Shown here: positions 29,101 through 44,100 of the stretch, piece after piece
Layout: the number at the start of each line of letters is the position of its first letter
Position numbering within the stretch: the stretch's first letter is position 1
NCBI GenBank assembly: GCA_040954595.2
Contig: CM082583.2
Span: forward strand, 6,880,849-6,944,848
DNA: 64,000 nt
Direction: 5' to 3'
DNA from: Balanoglossus misakiensis
Taxonomy: Eukaryota > Animalia > Hemichordata
Translations under genes and position numbers: made by a program
Notes under the pieces: generated by a model
Seen by the model: the letters and a program-made list of their open reading frames with translations, nothing else
The model's database searches: none
Told to the model about the DNA's origin: nothing

Positions 29101-32100
29101 AAATCCTGATTGCCTCACATTCGGTCCAGATAATAGACTGTATAGACCTTCCATACCTATTTCCATACCTCTCTGTCCTTATTCTCAGTGTTCTGTCTGC
29201 ATGCAAAGAAAGAAAGAAAGAAAGGATTAATTTTCTTCCTGAGGCCATGCCAAGGAAGCCATAGTGCTTATATAATTTTTAAGGCTAAATTCACGGCTCT
29301 GGCATTTTCAGGGAAAAGGGCACTCTGAAAATATTGGAGTTCATCAATATAGATTCAGGGGATTTTAGCTATTATAGTGTAGGATCAAATAATTGTTGTA
29401 ATCTTGAAACGGTCAAGACCGCTTGTTCATGTGATACTAGGTCACTTACATTGCATTTATGTATTAGTGATGTTTACCCATCATACAGAGAGCACTGGAC
29501 TGGCTAAGCCAAGCTGTGTGTTACAACTGTATATGTCATGGTTACTGTAGCTTATCTGGATAATTGCCCAGAGAATAACATCTGCAAGGAGAGAGAGAGA
29601 GAGAAAAGGAATTCCATCTTGAGACACAATAACCGAAGCATCCATCCGACACGCTTTTCATTCTGCAGACCGCAGCGTGTTAAATTTCCATTGTCGTTGC
29701 ACGCAGATGGATACTTAAGTATGTATCCAGGGGGGCCGCGGTAAAAATGAGAAAAATGCAGACATGAGAGATTGAAAAAAGCCGCACAGACATATCATAG
29801 ATCAGGAGGGTTAACCAGTTAACAAGAGAGCCTTTTTGCCCCGGAGCTGTGACTGTGACAACATTGATCATCCCCCCCTTAAACTCCCTAACGATTATTC
29901 CGCATTCAAAGCCAAGCTGTGGCCGTATACATGTAATCTACGCCGCTCAGCAGTGTCAGGGGAGGAATTATATCATGTAAGAGATTTTCATGCAAAGCCC
30001 GTCTAATTGGTGATTCGACGAAAAATATTAGGTACTTAGACACTGTCTCTCTCATTGAGTGTATTAAAGTTTATAGCTTTTAGCCGTTAGCTTGATGGAC
30101 GCGTTGTTACAGTTTAATTGGAACCCTGAAAACTCGGAAATTGTTCCCTGGGGACAAATATTGATATTTTCAGGCAGTTCTATTGCCGGGCTTTATTACC
30201 TGCCAAAAGTGATTCCGCGTAAACTTGATGCGAGCCCAGGTGGGGGAGGCAGGAGTAATGAACATCATTATTTCCACTCGACTGTGCTCACAATAACAAT
30301 ACCGTAAAAGCATAATTTGAATTCATCCGTAAAGTTGGCCAGACCTGGAGGTCAAGCAGGGACAACATGCAGAACACGCTGCAGTGTGCGCTGGAGTCTC
30401 GTGGATCAATAAAACACAAAGACATGCTCCCAAGCAATCAATCAAGTGGCTTTTTGTTATTTTTATTTTCATGCAAGTGAAAACAGCAAAGATTTCTTGA
30501 GTAGATCTGTTTAATTGACCTGTTAAATTGATCCCCAGGACACGATTGTAATGAGAATACACTTGATATACATGTACTGTAGTAACATAATAAAGACACG
30601 ATTTATATTGATGCTGACAGTCACATCTGTAGAATTTGTAGCTGAATTAGGTGGCCCAGCTTTAGTCATGTTTTTTTTAAACTTCGAATCAATTTTATAG
30701 TTCCTTTGCATCAGCCCTCTATACCTTCAAATGTCAAATGCATAATTTTCTTGTGCCACCCGATAATTTGTTGAGTCACAGGTGTGTCACATTGGCTTAG
30801 GGGACACACTCATGCCCACAAGCTTACTGCTTAAAGTACCTTGCAATCTCCACTGAGGACACTCGAGCTTCGGTGACATTTTAATTTAGAAAAAGCTGGC
30901 ACGAATTTCAATATCGAGAAGTTTAATATCTGCAGTATATCATAGACTGGAGGGGTAATGAATGTCGCGTACTCATGTTTGAGAGACAATTAAGTGCTTT
31001 GGCAGACATAGTAAAAAACCCTGGATCACTTGTTGAGATAGCTCTTACACAAAAGGCCGTGTAATGATCACCCAGTGCTGTTCAAATACATCCAGAGGTC
31101 ATATCATGTTATTAAATGTAACATTCCTTGTCAAGTGTTGGCTATTGTCTGCCTCCTTTCAGTATCTGATTACGTTAGTAGCTGATATGCACTTTGAGAA
31201 TATCTTTGATAAGTACCAGTCGCGTTGAGTTATTTTTGCACGAAAACAAACATGGCTGTATCGTGGTGAAGTCTAATGTAGAAAATGTATGTTTACATGC
31301 ACCAAATTACCATTGTAGTCCATTTGTGGTCATTTTATGGATCCAATTAATGCAACATTTCGCTCTACAGTGCCCGTCATTGAAGATAATTAAGATTGAA
31401 AAGCATTCTCCACTTTTCAATATCTGTGATTTCCAAAACCACCTATCTATCAATCCTACATGTATGTTTACCCAAGTGTACTTTTTATCCTCTGAAGCAG
31501 AGATTGTTCTACAAGTTCTGTTATCAAAGAACAACATTGTACGGTGCTAGCAAGATCTAGTATACAGCAATGCTGATAGCAAATTACATTGTCAATTTCT
31601 GATTTAAATCTGAAACAAACGCATGTTTGAAAGTGGTTTTTTGGAGAACATTGTTGACTACTAAAGGCCAAATGACGATTAGCGATTAGATAAAAATAAC
31701 AATGTGGCATTTGAATGGCTGAAGATGGAAAACAAAAAAAATTATCGCAGCATATGGCAAAACACTAGTAGTTGAGTGTCACTCATAGTTTTGTCAGCAC
31801 TAATACAAAAATAATCAGTGGCCATCATCATTTTGCATTGTTTATAAAAATGGGGTGTGTTTACACTACTAGAAACATATGGACAATATTACACAAGTGT
31901 TTGTCTAAAATCACATTGACCTATTTGTTCTGTACAATGTATAATATCCACCAACTGTCATTTTTCAGTGGCATTTTAGATTCTGTTTAATTAATATGCA
32001 CACCACATATCTCCTATAATGCTTAATGAAGTGAAAAGTATACAGTATTATATATTCACTGTGTTGAATTGGCCAAGGGGAAAAAATCATAAAATTGAAG

Positions 32101-35100
32101 GTCGACCAAAAGGGTGGAGTCACAAGGGATTTGCTGTTTTTATGTTAACACTCAAAGACAAATCTTAAAAAAATACTGAAGTTCAATATTTGACCCTATC
32201 CAAAGTAGTTATGAGCGCAAATTCAACACAGAGGCAGCAATTTTCGTCTTAAAAAATATATGACATCTAAGAAGAAATAACTAAATTTAACATGTATCCA
32301 ACTGAGTTTGCTTGTTGTATGAATGAAATATGTTTTTTTTTGTCCCCAGTTGTAAGAGAATTACTAACATCTGAAGTAATCAGTAGGCAAAAATTTATCT
32401 GCAGGGCGAATAGAGGACTGTATCTACTCATTTAATTACGTTCTGCAGTAGCTCCATTAAGTAGGGTCAACACAGTGAAGATAACATGCCCTCAGCAAAT
32501 AAATTAAAGCTGAGACGGAATAAATATATTCTGTTTGAGGTCAGATCTAATACCCATATTCCAGTTGTGCAGGTATTCAGCGCCTCATCTGTGACATATT
32601 TTTTTAGGGGTGAATACTTCTCCAAATTAATTTTAGGCGTGCAGTGTGTTGCCAAAATATTGAAAAAGGCACAGAGAAATTTTGTAGAAGTTTGTTAATA
32701 ACGGGTGCAGGCTTTGCTGCCATCAATGGTAGTCTTGCTTCTAAGCAGAAGTGAATGTGTAAATATGCATTAAAGAAATTAAAGTGGGTAATAAGAATAT
32801 AATGGTTTAATGACGGTGTTCGTTGATTGATAACGTCAACAGTGGTTTGTTTTCAGAAAGAAAAGTATTTGTACAAATAGAAAGCAACCCAGGCCATTAC
32901 TGGCAGTTGTATGCCTTTAAATTGAACTTTATCAGTTTTATCGTGACATCACGTTAATGGATTAAATACTGGCCCGATGACAGTTAATTTGATAGTTGCA
33001 TTCTAAGTGCACTTTGTCAGAAATTGGCGGCCAGGTTACCCCGCATGTGAAAGAGATTAGCGTCATCTAACGAGAAACTGAAAGTTCAAAATTGCTATCA
33101 GGGGCAGAATCTTAGTTTTGATTTTCACCGAAAGACATCTCTCCTGTGGTTCGTATTTGCTGTTCCGAATAATATATGTCTAGACACGACTGCAGACATC
33201 ATTTTACCCACAACTCATTTTGCTCCGTGAATGGCGTTGAGAGAGAGAAAGAAATATGAAATGAGTCATTGCAGATGGTTTTATGACGCATTAAATATTT
33301 ATGACAGGAGAATCAATTTGAAATACTGTTATCTTCAGCTGTCCTCCGAAGTGAAATATAAAATGTAAGCATTTTAGAAATAAATAACACCTTTTGGGCA
33401 CGATGAAGGTATTTTATTTCCTAGGTAATATCTTTCTTGCATTTCAATCCAGACCTGTTCCATTAAATCCCGAGTGGACTAGCTGCTGGCCGACACTATC
33501 TGGTGACTTTTGAGACACACGATCCTGGCGTTGCTAAGACTTTACAGTTTCAGAAAACCCATGATTAATTCCTGCAGTAGGAGGTTAAACAAGATGGTGG
33601 CTAGAGTTGAGGAGGGTCTCCGTGGCAACAGCTGTCAGGTGGTGGCTGACATTGCGAGCCAGGCAACTGCCACCAAGGGTGACAATGCATGAGGTATCAG
33701 AGCCGGGTTGTACAAGCCTTCAGTTTAAAAAATTAATGTCAACGAGGAGGTCGAATTACATCCGTCGTCTACTCCAGTTGAATTCTACAATACACCAATT
33801 GAAACATCAATATTACAAGACATATTGCATGATGAAATCTGACAGGGCCCATTGATACGAGCATTGATAAGTGGTAATGCTATCACCGTGCTCATTATGG
33901 CTAGACGCTATTAATGTAACACTAATAGGGCACCCTTTTGTGCTCAAATGTCTTTTTCAACATTTTTTTTAATGTTTGCCGCGATTTTGAAAGCCAATCC
34001 GCCGTCCGCAGATCGTGTAGTTTTTCTTTTGTAAATGCACTGAGGGGAAATGGAGTGATAATATCATTGAATGCAGTGGTGTAACTGAAAAGAGAAAAAC
34101 ATTCTCTGATAAATTGCTCCGGATTGCGGTCTCCTCTCCCCAAAGATTTCGATAACGGTTGCTTAATTTAAACATCAGGACAGATAAGGAGAACATGTTC
34201 AATGTAGATGTAGGAGGTAAATGGATGCTAAGGTATGGCTTTATGGGAAGGATGACCTTTCACCTTACCAGTCAGCTTCAGACACTGGGAAATAAGTGCC
34301 AGTGTGTGTCTGTTTATTCCATGGAAAAGGGGGACAATATTTGATGCTTGAGTGAACAGCAATGGTGGGATAAACAATTAAAAATATCTTGTTGAGAGGA
34401 GTATTTGAATGAATTTTGTGCTCAAAAAGATTTTTTTTACTCTTTTCCATTTTTAAGATGTACATGTGGATATCAAGCCTTACTCTGGATTGGATGCTGT
34501 GAGCTGCAGTTGTGCCAGGCCGTCATCTGTGGATGAAAAAGGCTGCACCGATGAATGCATGAACAGGTAAAAATTAAAATAACCATGTGAATTAACAGTG
34601 AACATTTCCCATTGGACGATCAACAAGATCCAATACTTCTGACAGCTACAGAGTCACCGAATGACGTGGATATCCCCATGTGCTTCAGATTTCTAGAAGC
34701 TAGTGGGTTATATTGTTTCGAGGTCAGATCGGCCTAGAAAGTTACGCAAATTTGAGGCAATCTGTTTACAGTGTCTGCGTATTAAGCTGCTTTCTGTGGG
34801 CTGATGCTGATTGGCAGTTATTACACAATTCTTGTGGCAGATGGGGCCACGGTGTAACATTGCACAATTAAACAGAAAGTACATGTACGTAACACAAGAA
34901 TGGGCAAGTGACGGATATTATCCTTGTTTTTGCAGGATGGTTTACACCGAGTGTTCACCCAACCTCTGCCCGTGCGGGGAGCAGTGTTCCAACATGAGGA
35001 TTCAGAAACATGAATGGGTGCACTCACTCCAGAGAATACAGGTAAATGGAGAAGCGAAAAAAAATAAAAGAATGAGAATGGGGATGATTTTGCTGTCAAA

Positions 35101-38100
35101 ATATTTTTTTATTCATATTTTGTGTGTGCTTCAACGCTTTTTTCAATCGCTGCTGAATAATACTGTATGTAGTAAAAGTGATGGTTTTATTACAACCAGT
35201 CAGAATTTTAAGTAGGTCCGTAAAATTTGTAATAAAATACACATAAATGACAGCTATGATGTTTTTTAAGAGATCTGAGTCACTGCTCAGTTGATGTTAA
35301 ATGAAACACAGATTTGTGAAGAAGAAGAAAGTATAAGTTTGGAAGGATATCCAGAGTTTGCTGTGCAAAGAAAGTTGCAATGTCAAAACAAACTCCGACC
35401 AATCAGAAGAGAGCAACCTTGACCTCAGTTTTGATCAAAGAACAATTCCCATTTTCATATTTTTGGATTTAATCATCTGATATTGATAGCTTGGTGTTTA
35501 TCCAAAGTCCGAAGAGCGAGAGGGCAGTGATCTTTTACCTTGTCAAATCTGTCTCAGAACTTGTTTGTGTATAATCCGACGATATTGACTCTTTGGGAAA
35601 GGACATACCTGGTGGCTCTTGGAATATGGATTTCTTGAAGCCAGTCGCAACTTAGATGGTGATTTTTTTTTTCATCTGTTGCAGACCAAAGATAGAGGTT
35701 ACGGTATTATAGCCAATGAACCCATAAAGCCTGGTCAGTTCATCTTGGAGTACATCGGGGAGGTGGTCAGCGAGAACGAGTTCTGGAGTCGAGCGCTTGC
35801 CAATTACCAGAACCACAGACATCACTACTGTTTGAACCTGGACGGCGGGGCTGTGATCGATGGCTACAGAATGGGATGCGAGGGAAGATTTGTCAACCAC
35901 AGCTGTGAACCCAACTGTGAAATGCAAAAATGGTGAGCAGTTAAGTTCTTTCCCCTGTACACCCAAATCCTAAAAAAAATTCTGGTCATTTTGACCCAGG
36001 ATTGACACTGTCCGAATAATGATGTGAACAGAAATTCTGAATAGCAAACAGGGAATCAAATTGATTTCCTGTGAAAGTCTCTCGCTATTTAAGTTTGTTG
36101 TATTTATAATGAAACATTCACCCATTCGTGAAATATCAATTTTCAATACAAATATTAGCTCAAATGCAAACAACACAGGGGTGTGCAAATACTGGACTGA
36201 CATAAAAATCAGCTATACCAATATGTTCATCAACATTTAAAATTGCTTTCTTTCCAAATGAGATATCACACATTTATGTAATCACTCTGGTTGCTATGGT
36301 ACTGAACAAAATTTGTTTAGCAAGCAGCAAGTCAAATGGAAAGTGATTATTCTAAATTTTTAATCCTTTGGATGAATGCTTAGCTTTATTGCCACGAGTG
36401 TCTAGGTGTTTTTTTAGTCCCTACTCTGAAAGGCAGATTTCACAGTTTGTACACACAGAGCGAGCTAATCCATCCTTTTCTGATCACAAGCTGGCAACGA
36501 AATTTCAGTTGAAAGGGACACTGAGCTCAGCAGTATGCCACATTTGAGGATTTCTTCCTCGTTTTTTGCATCTGAATGCGAGTGCCGTGTCAGGGGAATT
36601 GTTCTGTTGACAAGCGAAGAGAAAAGCTGTCTCCAGATTTTAATCTACAACAGGACAAGTTGTCAATCCGGAGATCTCTTAACCACAGACGACATAGGGT
36701 CCAAATTAATAATATTCCGTCTAGTAAAAGTACTTCTCAGTAAAGTGCCCTTTGTCAGTGTGTAACAAAGCATCTGACTGTTATTACAACTGACTTCGCC
36801 ACACGTGTGCTGGCCGGGGCAATCGAGTCAACCCATCACCATTGACAGACTGTTCAAATCTCTGAAAACGGCTGGTGTTAGCACAGTATCGTCAATAAAA
36901 CGAGCTTTTGTCAGTAAATCAGGATAGAAAGAGAACCACCAATAACATTGTAATGTTTGTCGCGTGGGTTGACACACTTTATTTTTAGGGTTTCGAGACC
37001 AGAGGGGTCTCGAAACCCTCTTGAAATCGTGTTGTTTTTTATTATTATTATTATTATTCTTCTTCCCACTTTTAAAAACAGCCGCTATTCGAAGACCGTT
37101 GCACCCAATGACTTGAAATTTGGCTCATAGGTAAAACTCAAAGCAAGTAATTTTCTGATCATGTCACTATGGCAACAGGTCACATGACCTGGCAGCCATC
37201 TTGGATTTAAACTTTTAAATTGGTCTAATTTGCATAAAAAATGAAGAATCCAAATTCTGTTCAGAAACTTTGTGGACCATATGGCCAGGGTCCTATATGC
37301 CAAATTTCAATGTCTAAGTCCTTGCCGATTTTGAGGAGATGATTTTTAAAGCATTATTTTTCATATTTTCCATGACCATTGGACCAAGCCATTGGCCTAT
37401 ACTTTCCATGGTTAAGCAATGGCCCCCTAGGATTTTAGATTTATGCCCAATATCTCAACATCCGCTGGGCTGATCAGCTTCAAATTTTGTGTGCAGCTAG
37501 CCTACCTTCCGACAATCATTTCCAACTGGAAAAAATAATATATTAATTTTTTTATGAAATCTATACCTATACTTATTCCACTATACTTAAGCTATGGCCA
37601 CATAGTTTTGTAGAATTCTGGTCGGTGCAATAGTCTGCAGCATAGGACCAAAATAAGAAGCCAAATTTAAGGCTCACCTGTGACACCTGCTCAACTCATT
37701 AATTATGTGCATACCTAATTCCAGGCAAACCAACAGGGCTACAGGTCTGATTTTTGTCGGACATGGACCAGTATGGGGTCAAATTTTTTCCCCAAATTTT
37801 GGGTGACCTTGGGTGACCTTTGACCTACTTTCGCATATCTCAGCATCCAGAGCAGGTACAGCTCAGGTGTTTGGGTGGATGGGACCAAAATAAGAAGCCA
37901 AATTTAAGGCTCACCTGTGACACCTGCTCAACTCATTAATTATGTGCATACCTAATTCCAGGCAAACCAATAGGGCTACAGGTCTGGTTTTTGTCGGACA
38001 TGGACCAGTATGGGGTCAAATTTTTTCCCGGAATTTTGGGTGACCTTGGGTGACCTTTGACCTACTTTCGCATATCTCAGCATCCAGAGCAGGTACAGCT

Positions 38101-41100
38101 CAGGTGTTTGGGTGGATGGGACCAAAATAAGAAGCCAAATTTAAGGCTCACCTGTGACACCTGCTCAACTCATTAACTATGTGCATACCTAATTCCAGGC
38201 AAACCAATAGGGCTACAGGTCTGGTTTTTGTCGGACATGGACCAGTTTGGGGTCAAATTTTTTCCCCAAATTTTGGGTGACCTTGGGTGACCTTTGACCT
38301 ACTTTCGCATACCTCAGCATCCAGAGCAGGTACAGCTTAGGTGTTTGGGTGGATGGGACCAAAATAAGAAGCCAAATTTAAGGCTCACCTGTGACACCTG
38401 CTTAACTCATTAACTATGTGCATACCTAATTCCAGGCAAACCAATAGGGCTACAGGTCTGGTTTTTGTCGGACATGGACCAGTATGGGGACAATTTTTTT
38501 TCCCAAACTTTGGATGTCCTTGGGTGACCTTTGACCTACTTTCACATATCTCGGCATCCAGAGCAGGTACAGCTTAGGTGTTTGGGTGGACGGGACCAAA
38601 ATAAGAAGCCAAATTTTAGAGTCACTTGTGACACCTGCTTAACTCATTAATTATGTGCATACCTAATTCCAGGCAAACCAGTAGGGCTACAGGTCTGGTT
38701 TTTGTTTGACATGGACCAGTATAGCGTAAACATTTTCTGCTCATATTAAGCGTGACCTCACGTGACCTTTGACCTACTTTTCCACATCTCAGCATCCACA
38801 GCACATACAGCCTTTGCATTTGGAGTGATAGAACAACTAATGCAGTAATTAAATATGCACAAATCTATCTCCAGGCGAACCAATAGGGCTAGTAGTGTCT
38901 CGAAACCCGCTTATTGCTGTTCACAGCTATATTTTTCTGTTGTCTTTCTGTTACTGGTGAATTAATTCCAGGTCAGTTTCTCTGATGAAATTGAGCTTGC
39001 AATGAAATTAGTGTGTTTTTGAAAATTGGGATCTAATGAACGACCGCGTCTTTTCGAATGTGATTAGGGAGTAATGTTATCAGGTTGTGTGGTTCGTTTT
39101 ATCCATCGTTTCATCATATTAAATGTAATTGGTAATTTTGTCAGTTTGAAATATCACAAAAGATCCTGTAGATAGTTGAAATGTCGTTAACTGGTCCATT
39201 TTGTTCTCAAACTGTAAATGATACAATCTCTTAATATAACATACACATTTATGTGTTTGTGAAACTATTTTTGTTTCTCTGCAATCACATTTTTTTTGCT
39301 GCAATCTTCCTGAGTTCAGATGTTCACATGTCTAACCGATCTCACCCAGCGATATTTTCACTCTACATCCCAAATCCCATTTTGTTTCATTAGCAGCGGC
39401 GCATATACAGTGGTTAATCCCCCAGTGATTTCCATAATACAGCCATATACTCCTACCCGCTCTTGTGAAAATGTCAGCTATGCTTAAGAGACTGATCCAG
39501 CTCATTTATTAACATTTCAGACCAGGAAACGCTAAGATATTCCTGATATAGTGTTCGTGTAAACTTTGAATAGGTTCAAAAGATCAGATTTCGCAGCTGA
39601 GATCGGTGCTTTATGTGGCCCCTTTAGTGTCGCTGATAATATACTTCCAGTTCCAGTGCATTCCACTTATTATAAATATTCCTGTGTTTGGTTTGTAATA
39701 AAGGATGCAAAACTCGAAGCCATAGACACATGACGTATGAGTATCAGACTGGGGTAATTTCTGTTATTTTGTTGACAGACTATACATTTCAGCTTCTACA
39801 AATGAAAATATATGAAGAAAAATGATTGCATCGGTATTTTTCAGCATCCTGCCCACAATCATTTGTACCACAATGGAACAGCGTGTGGGCAGATGCAATA
39901 TTACAGAGTGATGTTGATGACATTTTCAACCCCCCGTCGAATATATCCTGTTTTTTTTCTCCCTCACTGAAAAAGGTCAGCCTAGACCAGATCCGAGACA
40001 ATCCTGTTGGTTTTTATTGTATCTTTATATTACTCATTGTGAATCATCAATTGTGTTGGTGCAATATGATACACGAAGTCTGGTGTTGTAATATATATCA
40101 CTGTGGAAACCACCCCACTCTGAATGAAATAACAATGCCACAATTAAAAAGAACAGCCAGCAGGATTTGAATGAAATAATGCACCAACAGCTGATGATTG
40201 ACGGCGAGTGCATAACAGTATGGAGATGTTAGAGGAATCAAATGCTAGATCCCTTGATTTATGCAACCTGTTGTTGGTTCGTCTGCACTTTTAAGTGTAC
40301 GTTAGTTTAAATCAAGCAAAGATGTGATTTTTATGGGGTAGGTTCTTGAATGTAGGTGTAACTAAGGAGTAGTCAGTGAAAGATATCAGCATGTTTACTA
40401 GGACTCTTGTCGAAGTTAAGTGTGTTTCCTACAGTGACACTTGAAATTGTCAGAAAAGTATTTTCATAATTCAAGTTGCATCTAATTCTCTCGTGTCTGA
40501 TGAAATTATATTGAGTTGCCATGTGCTGATTGATGTTTTAGAAAAGGTCATAGATGAACTCTTTCACCACCATGGTTTGGTCCAAACCCATTGATTTCTG
40601 TATGGTAAAGATGGACCGCTTTGCGGGGAAATGGGGGTGATAGGGTTAATCACTGTACTTTGTCCAATATATTCAGCTGACTTAATGTCAATATGCGTTT
40701 CATCCAGATGCCCCCTTTGTAATTTAAAAACGGACTACAGTTAGTTTTGAAAGGGTGCTTGCCAACTGCATCATCAGAAGTGCTTTAAGTACACGCAGCC
40801 GCGATTGCCTGTAATGGACGCCTCTTTAAAGTGTCACCATGGAACTGATAGTATTTTACTGTAAGTGCAAAATTGATATATAATTTCAATGTGTCCATGA
40901 CCATGCTGTGGTTGTGAGACTGCATTGAGTATGTAGTCTTTTTAGTGGCCATTTATCTCGAGCTGTGTCTTCATAATGCTTTGACATTTACAGTCAGAAA
41001 ATGGGTCCTGTATCAGAAGTGATGTTTAATTTGCGATAACACGTTTCCAAGAATGGAGACACTTGATAAGCGAGGTATAAAATCGCACTTTCTACAATGA

Positions 41101-44100
41101 ATTCTTTAATAACCCAGCAGGCTAACGCATTAAAATCCAACGCTATGAGGTGCTTGATTTTCACAAGATCTTCACATTGTCAGTTGAATTGCCTGGCCCA
41201 TTTGACGCATTACCGGTTGCCAAGTTGAATTACAGCGCCCTCGGGAGGTCTTGTGGCAATGCATCGCACCCTCAATGTGTCTCTTGTCTGCCCCAAACTA
41301 TGACATTTGAAATAAAAGCAAATCATGTTTTTGGAATAGTAAGAAAATTGTGAATAGCAAGTTAATTTCATTTCATTGAATTTAACGTGGATTTTACAAA
41401 ATGAATAATGTTTGTAATATGAACTTTGGTATTTTTCTACGTATTCGGTAGTCGCTTCCTTGAATTGCAGGCGACTCAAACTATGGTAGAGTGTTATCAG
41501 TGGCAGACACAGACAGTGCTGAATCTTTTTCTACCCCACAAACACACAGACATACATGTATGCAGACACACACAAAGGTACCAGAAAAAAAAAAACGATA
41601 GCTCTCTGTCTAGTTTCATAAATCCCATGCAGTAATTCATTCATTTTGACAGTTTTATTGAGAGCAGACATATTTCAGTATTTATACTGCGCAATTTCAG
41701 CTCTTTGCCTGTGCAAACGCCCTCGTAATGACAGCTGAGTCAGACCTAACGGTTGTCATGGGAATATACAAATTTCATGGATCCCGAGCATTGACCATGT
41801 CTTTACTTAAGATATCAAAAATGACCGCAAGCTATGCAAGATCAGTGGAAATTTTCATCCAGTGTCAGGAGTTAATTCAGCATTACTCGGCAAAAGCCCG
41901 AAGCACTATGCATATAGTATTGTGGGGATGAAATGTATATTTTTCTGCAAAGTATATGTGCATATTATATGACATTCTGCTGGTGATGTCCTGTATTTAA
42001 AATTCCATGCGTTGATTACGCAGCATATGTAAATATCGAATGCGGGATTTTTGTGTCGATTTCAGTCATGGCATCATTTACTTTTGCTTGATGTCACAGT
42101 CACCTAAATTCCAAGGAATTTTGTGTTTCCCTGTTTCAACATTTCTCATCCGATATTTTGCACATAACGTGACAGCCATGTCAGAAATGATTGATGGGGA
42201 TCGCAGTGTTGGAATTGTGAAAATGAAGTAGTTTTCTCTGCAGTCTGTGTTCTTTAAGTTAATTACGACTTTTTTTTCCGTGTGCACTCACTGGGTTTTT
42301 TTTATGATTTGCAATTACTGCAAGGTCAAGAGTCATCTTCTGAAGGAGTAGATTTTCATCTTGAACACCGATGCAAATAGATTTATTTTGTGCGTATGTG
42401 GGTTGTACATGTACAGGGAAATCATTTTTCTAGGAAAATAGATATGTGAAGACTTGTGTTTTTGTACTTTCTATCATCTACAAGGCTGCAGCATAGTAAA
42501 TTAATTATTCATGAAGTGTAATACTGGCGATTTTTTGGATCAAGGGGTTCGTGTTATTCACAGGGAATTTCATCTTTCAATTTGTTTATCCATCTTCTTT
42601 TCACCCTTGCATCTCATTGAATCATGAGTGCTTCGCAGTGAGATCGCTAAAAGCACCGTGTCAGTGAATTGAATATGTGTATTTCGGCAAATGATTCAAG
42701 TACAGTGTGCATATATAAGACCTGCTGACAACACACCACAATAAATCACACATGGTAGACTGTGTGTCGCCTTTCAATATACGCGACACTGATACCAATT
42801 GTAACCTCTGCTACCTGAAAGCGTACTAAAAAAAAAAACCCTGCCTTTCAGTGACAAAGTTGCTTCAGGGAGAGTCTTTCATGGAGATCTCACGCTGAAT
42901 AAATATAATCTCCATCAATAACAAATTCAAGATATTTTCCATTTCGTGTTGCTATTCAGCTCGGGGGATTTTTCCCCCCTCATTGTGAGCACAAGAGCGG
43001 AGAGATTTTTTACAATGCTGCGGATTATCGCTGGAGCAACACTTTCCATTTATGAGACTTTGTCGTGTGACACATCTGGAAATTTCTCCGGTGATGGCGG
43101 GGCAGATTAGCTTAGTGGCGGCGCGCGGTCGATCTCTCTTACATTAACCTCTGTGCGCTTGCCGTTGCACAGGTTGAGACGAAGACCTGATAAAACGCAA
43201 TTGAGCGAGATTCAGTAGAAGATGGCTGCTGCCATGGCGGAGGTCGTCGCCATGGCGGAGGTCGCGCCAAGGAAGGTCACTTCTCTCACCTCAATTTCAC
43301 TCTTCTTGAATGTCTCTGACCTTTTCATTGTAAAACAATGAGGATGTTGACCGCTCGACTGATAGGAGGTGAAAAGTGTTGAAGCTCTGAATGTAATTAA
43401 AGGAGACTGCTCTCTGAAAGTCCAATATCGTTGTAATCACTGCTCTTCATGTGTCACTGGGCTTTTGGTTTTATATTGGATATCGGCGTGACATGAAACA
43501 GTTTAGACTGCCGTATAAATAGATAAATACATCGTAAAGGGAATATTTTATTCCCATTTTACAAATGAAGTCAAGGCATTGCTTTTTTTCCAATCAATTT
43601 CTCTTCAACAATCGCCACTCATCGTAGATTAGCTCTGTGTAAGCACGTCTTTCCGGCTGCATCTTGCACACGGGGAATGAAATTCGATCCGGCATCATGA
43701 AACTGGCCTTTAAATTAAGGAGAGATATCCAAGGAGACAAGTTTATTTCCTAGAAATTTCCGAAATGCTACATTTTGTAGCATTTTCTTAAATACTACAA
43801 TTTGTTAGCAATTAAGAGCACTGTAGTTTTCTTTATTTATAAAAACCAAAATAGAAAAGCCTTTTTTCTTTCTGAAAAGGATAAAATTATTTTCTGAAAG
43901 TAGGTCCTTTTAGTGGTAAAATTCGACTATAGGATGTCTTGTAGATCCTTAAGTCAGCAGGATTTCTGGCTGGGAGATTGAGACTGCCATCATACATTTC
44001 CGGGAATGACATTTTTATGCGAATGCATTCACATGTTATGGAGAGTCTAAACTACCGTGCTGTCTGATCGGTTGCCTAGCGACGATCATGAGTTGCCATG

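Noticed and set aside
37645-38890. Regular repeats as a possible CRISPR array
   Set aside because: Whole 237-bp units repeat with no unique spacers, in a eukaryotic intron with no cas genes.
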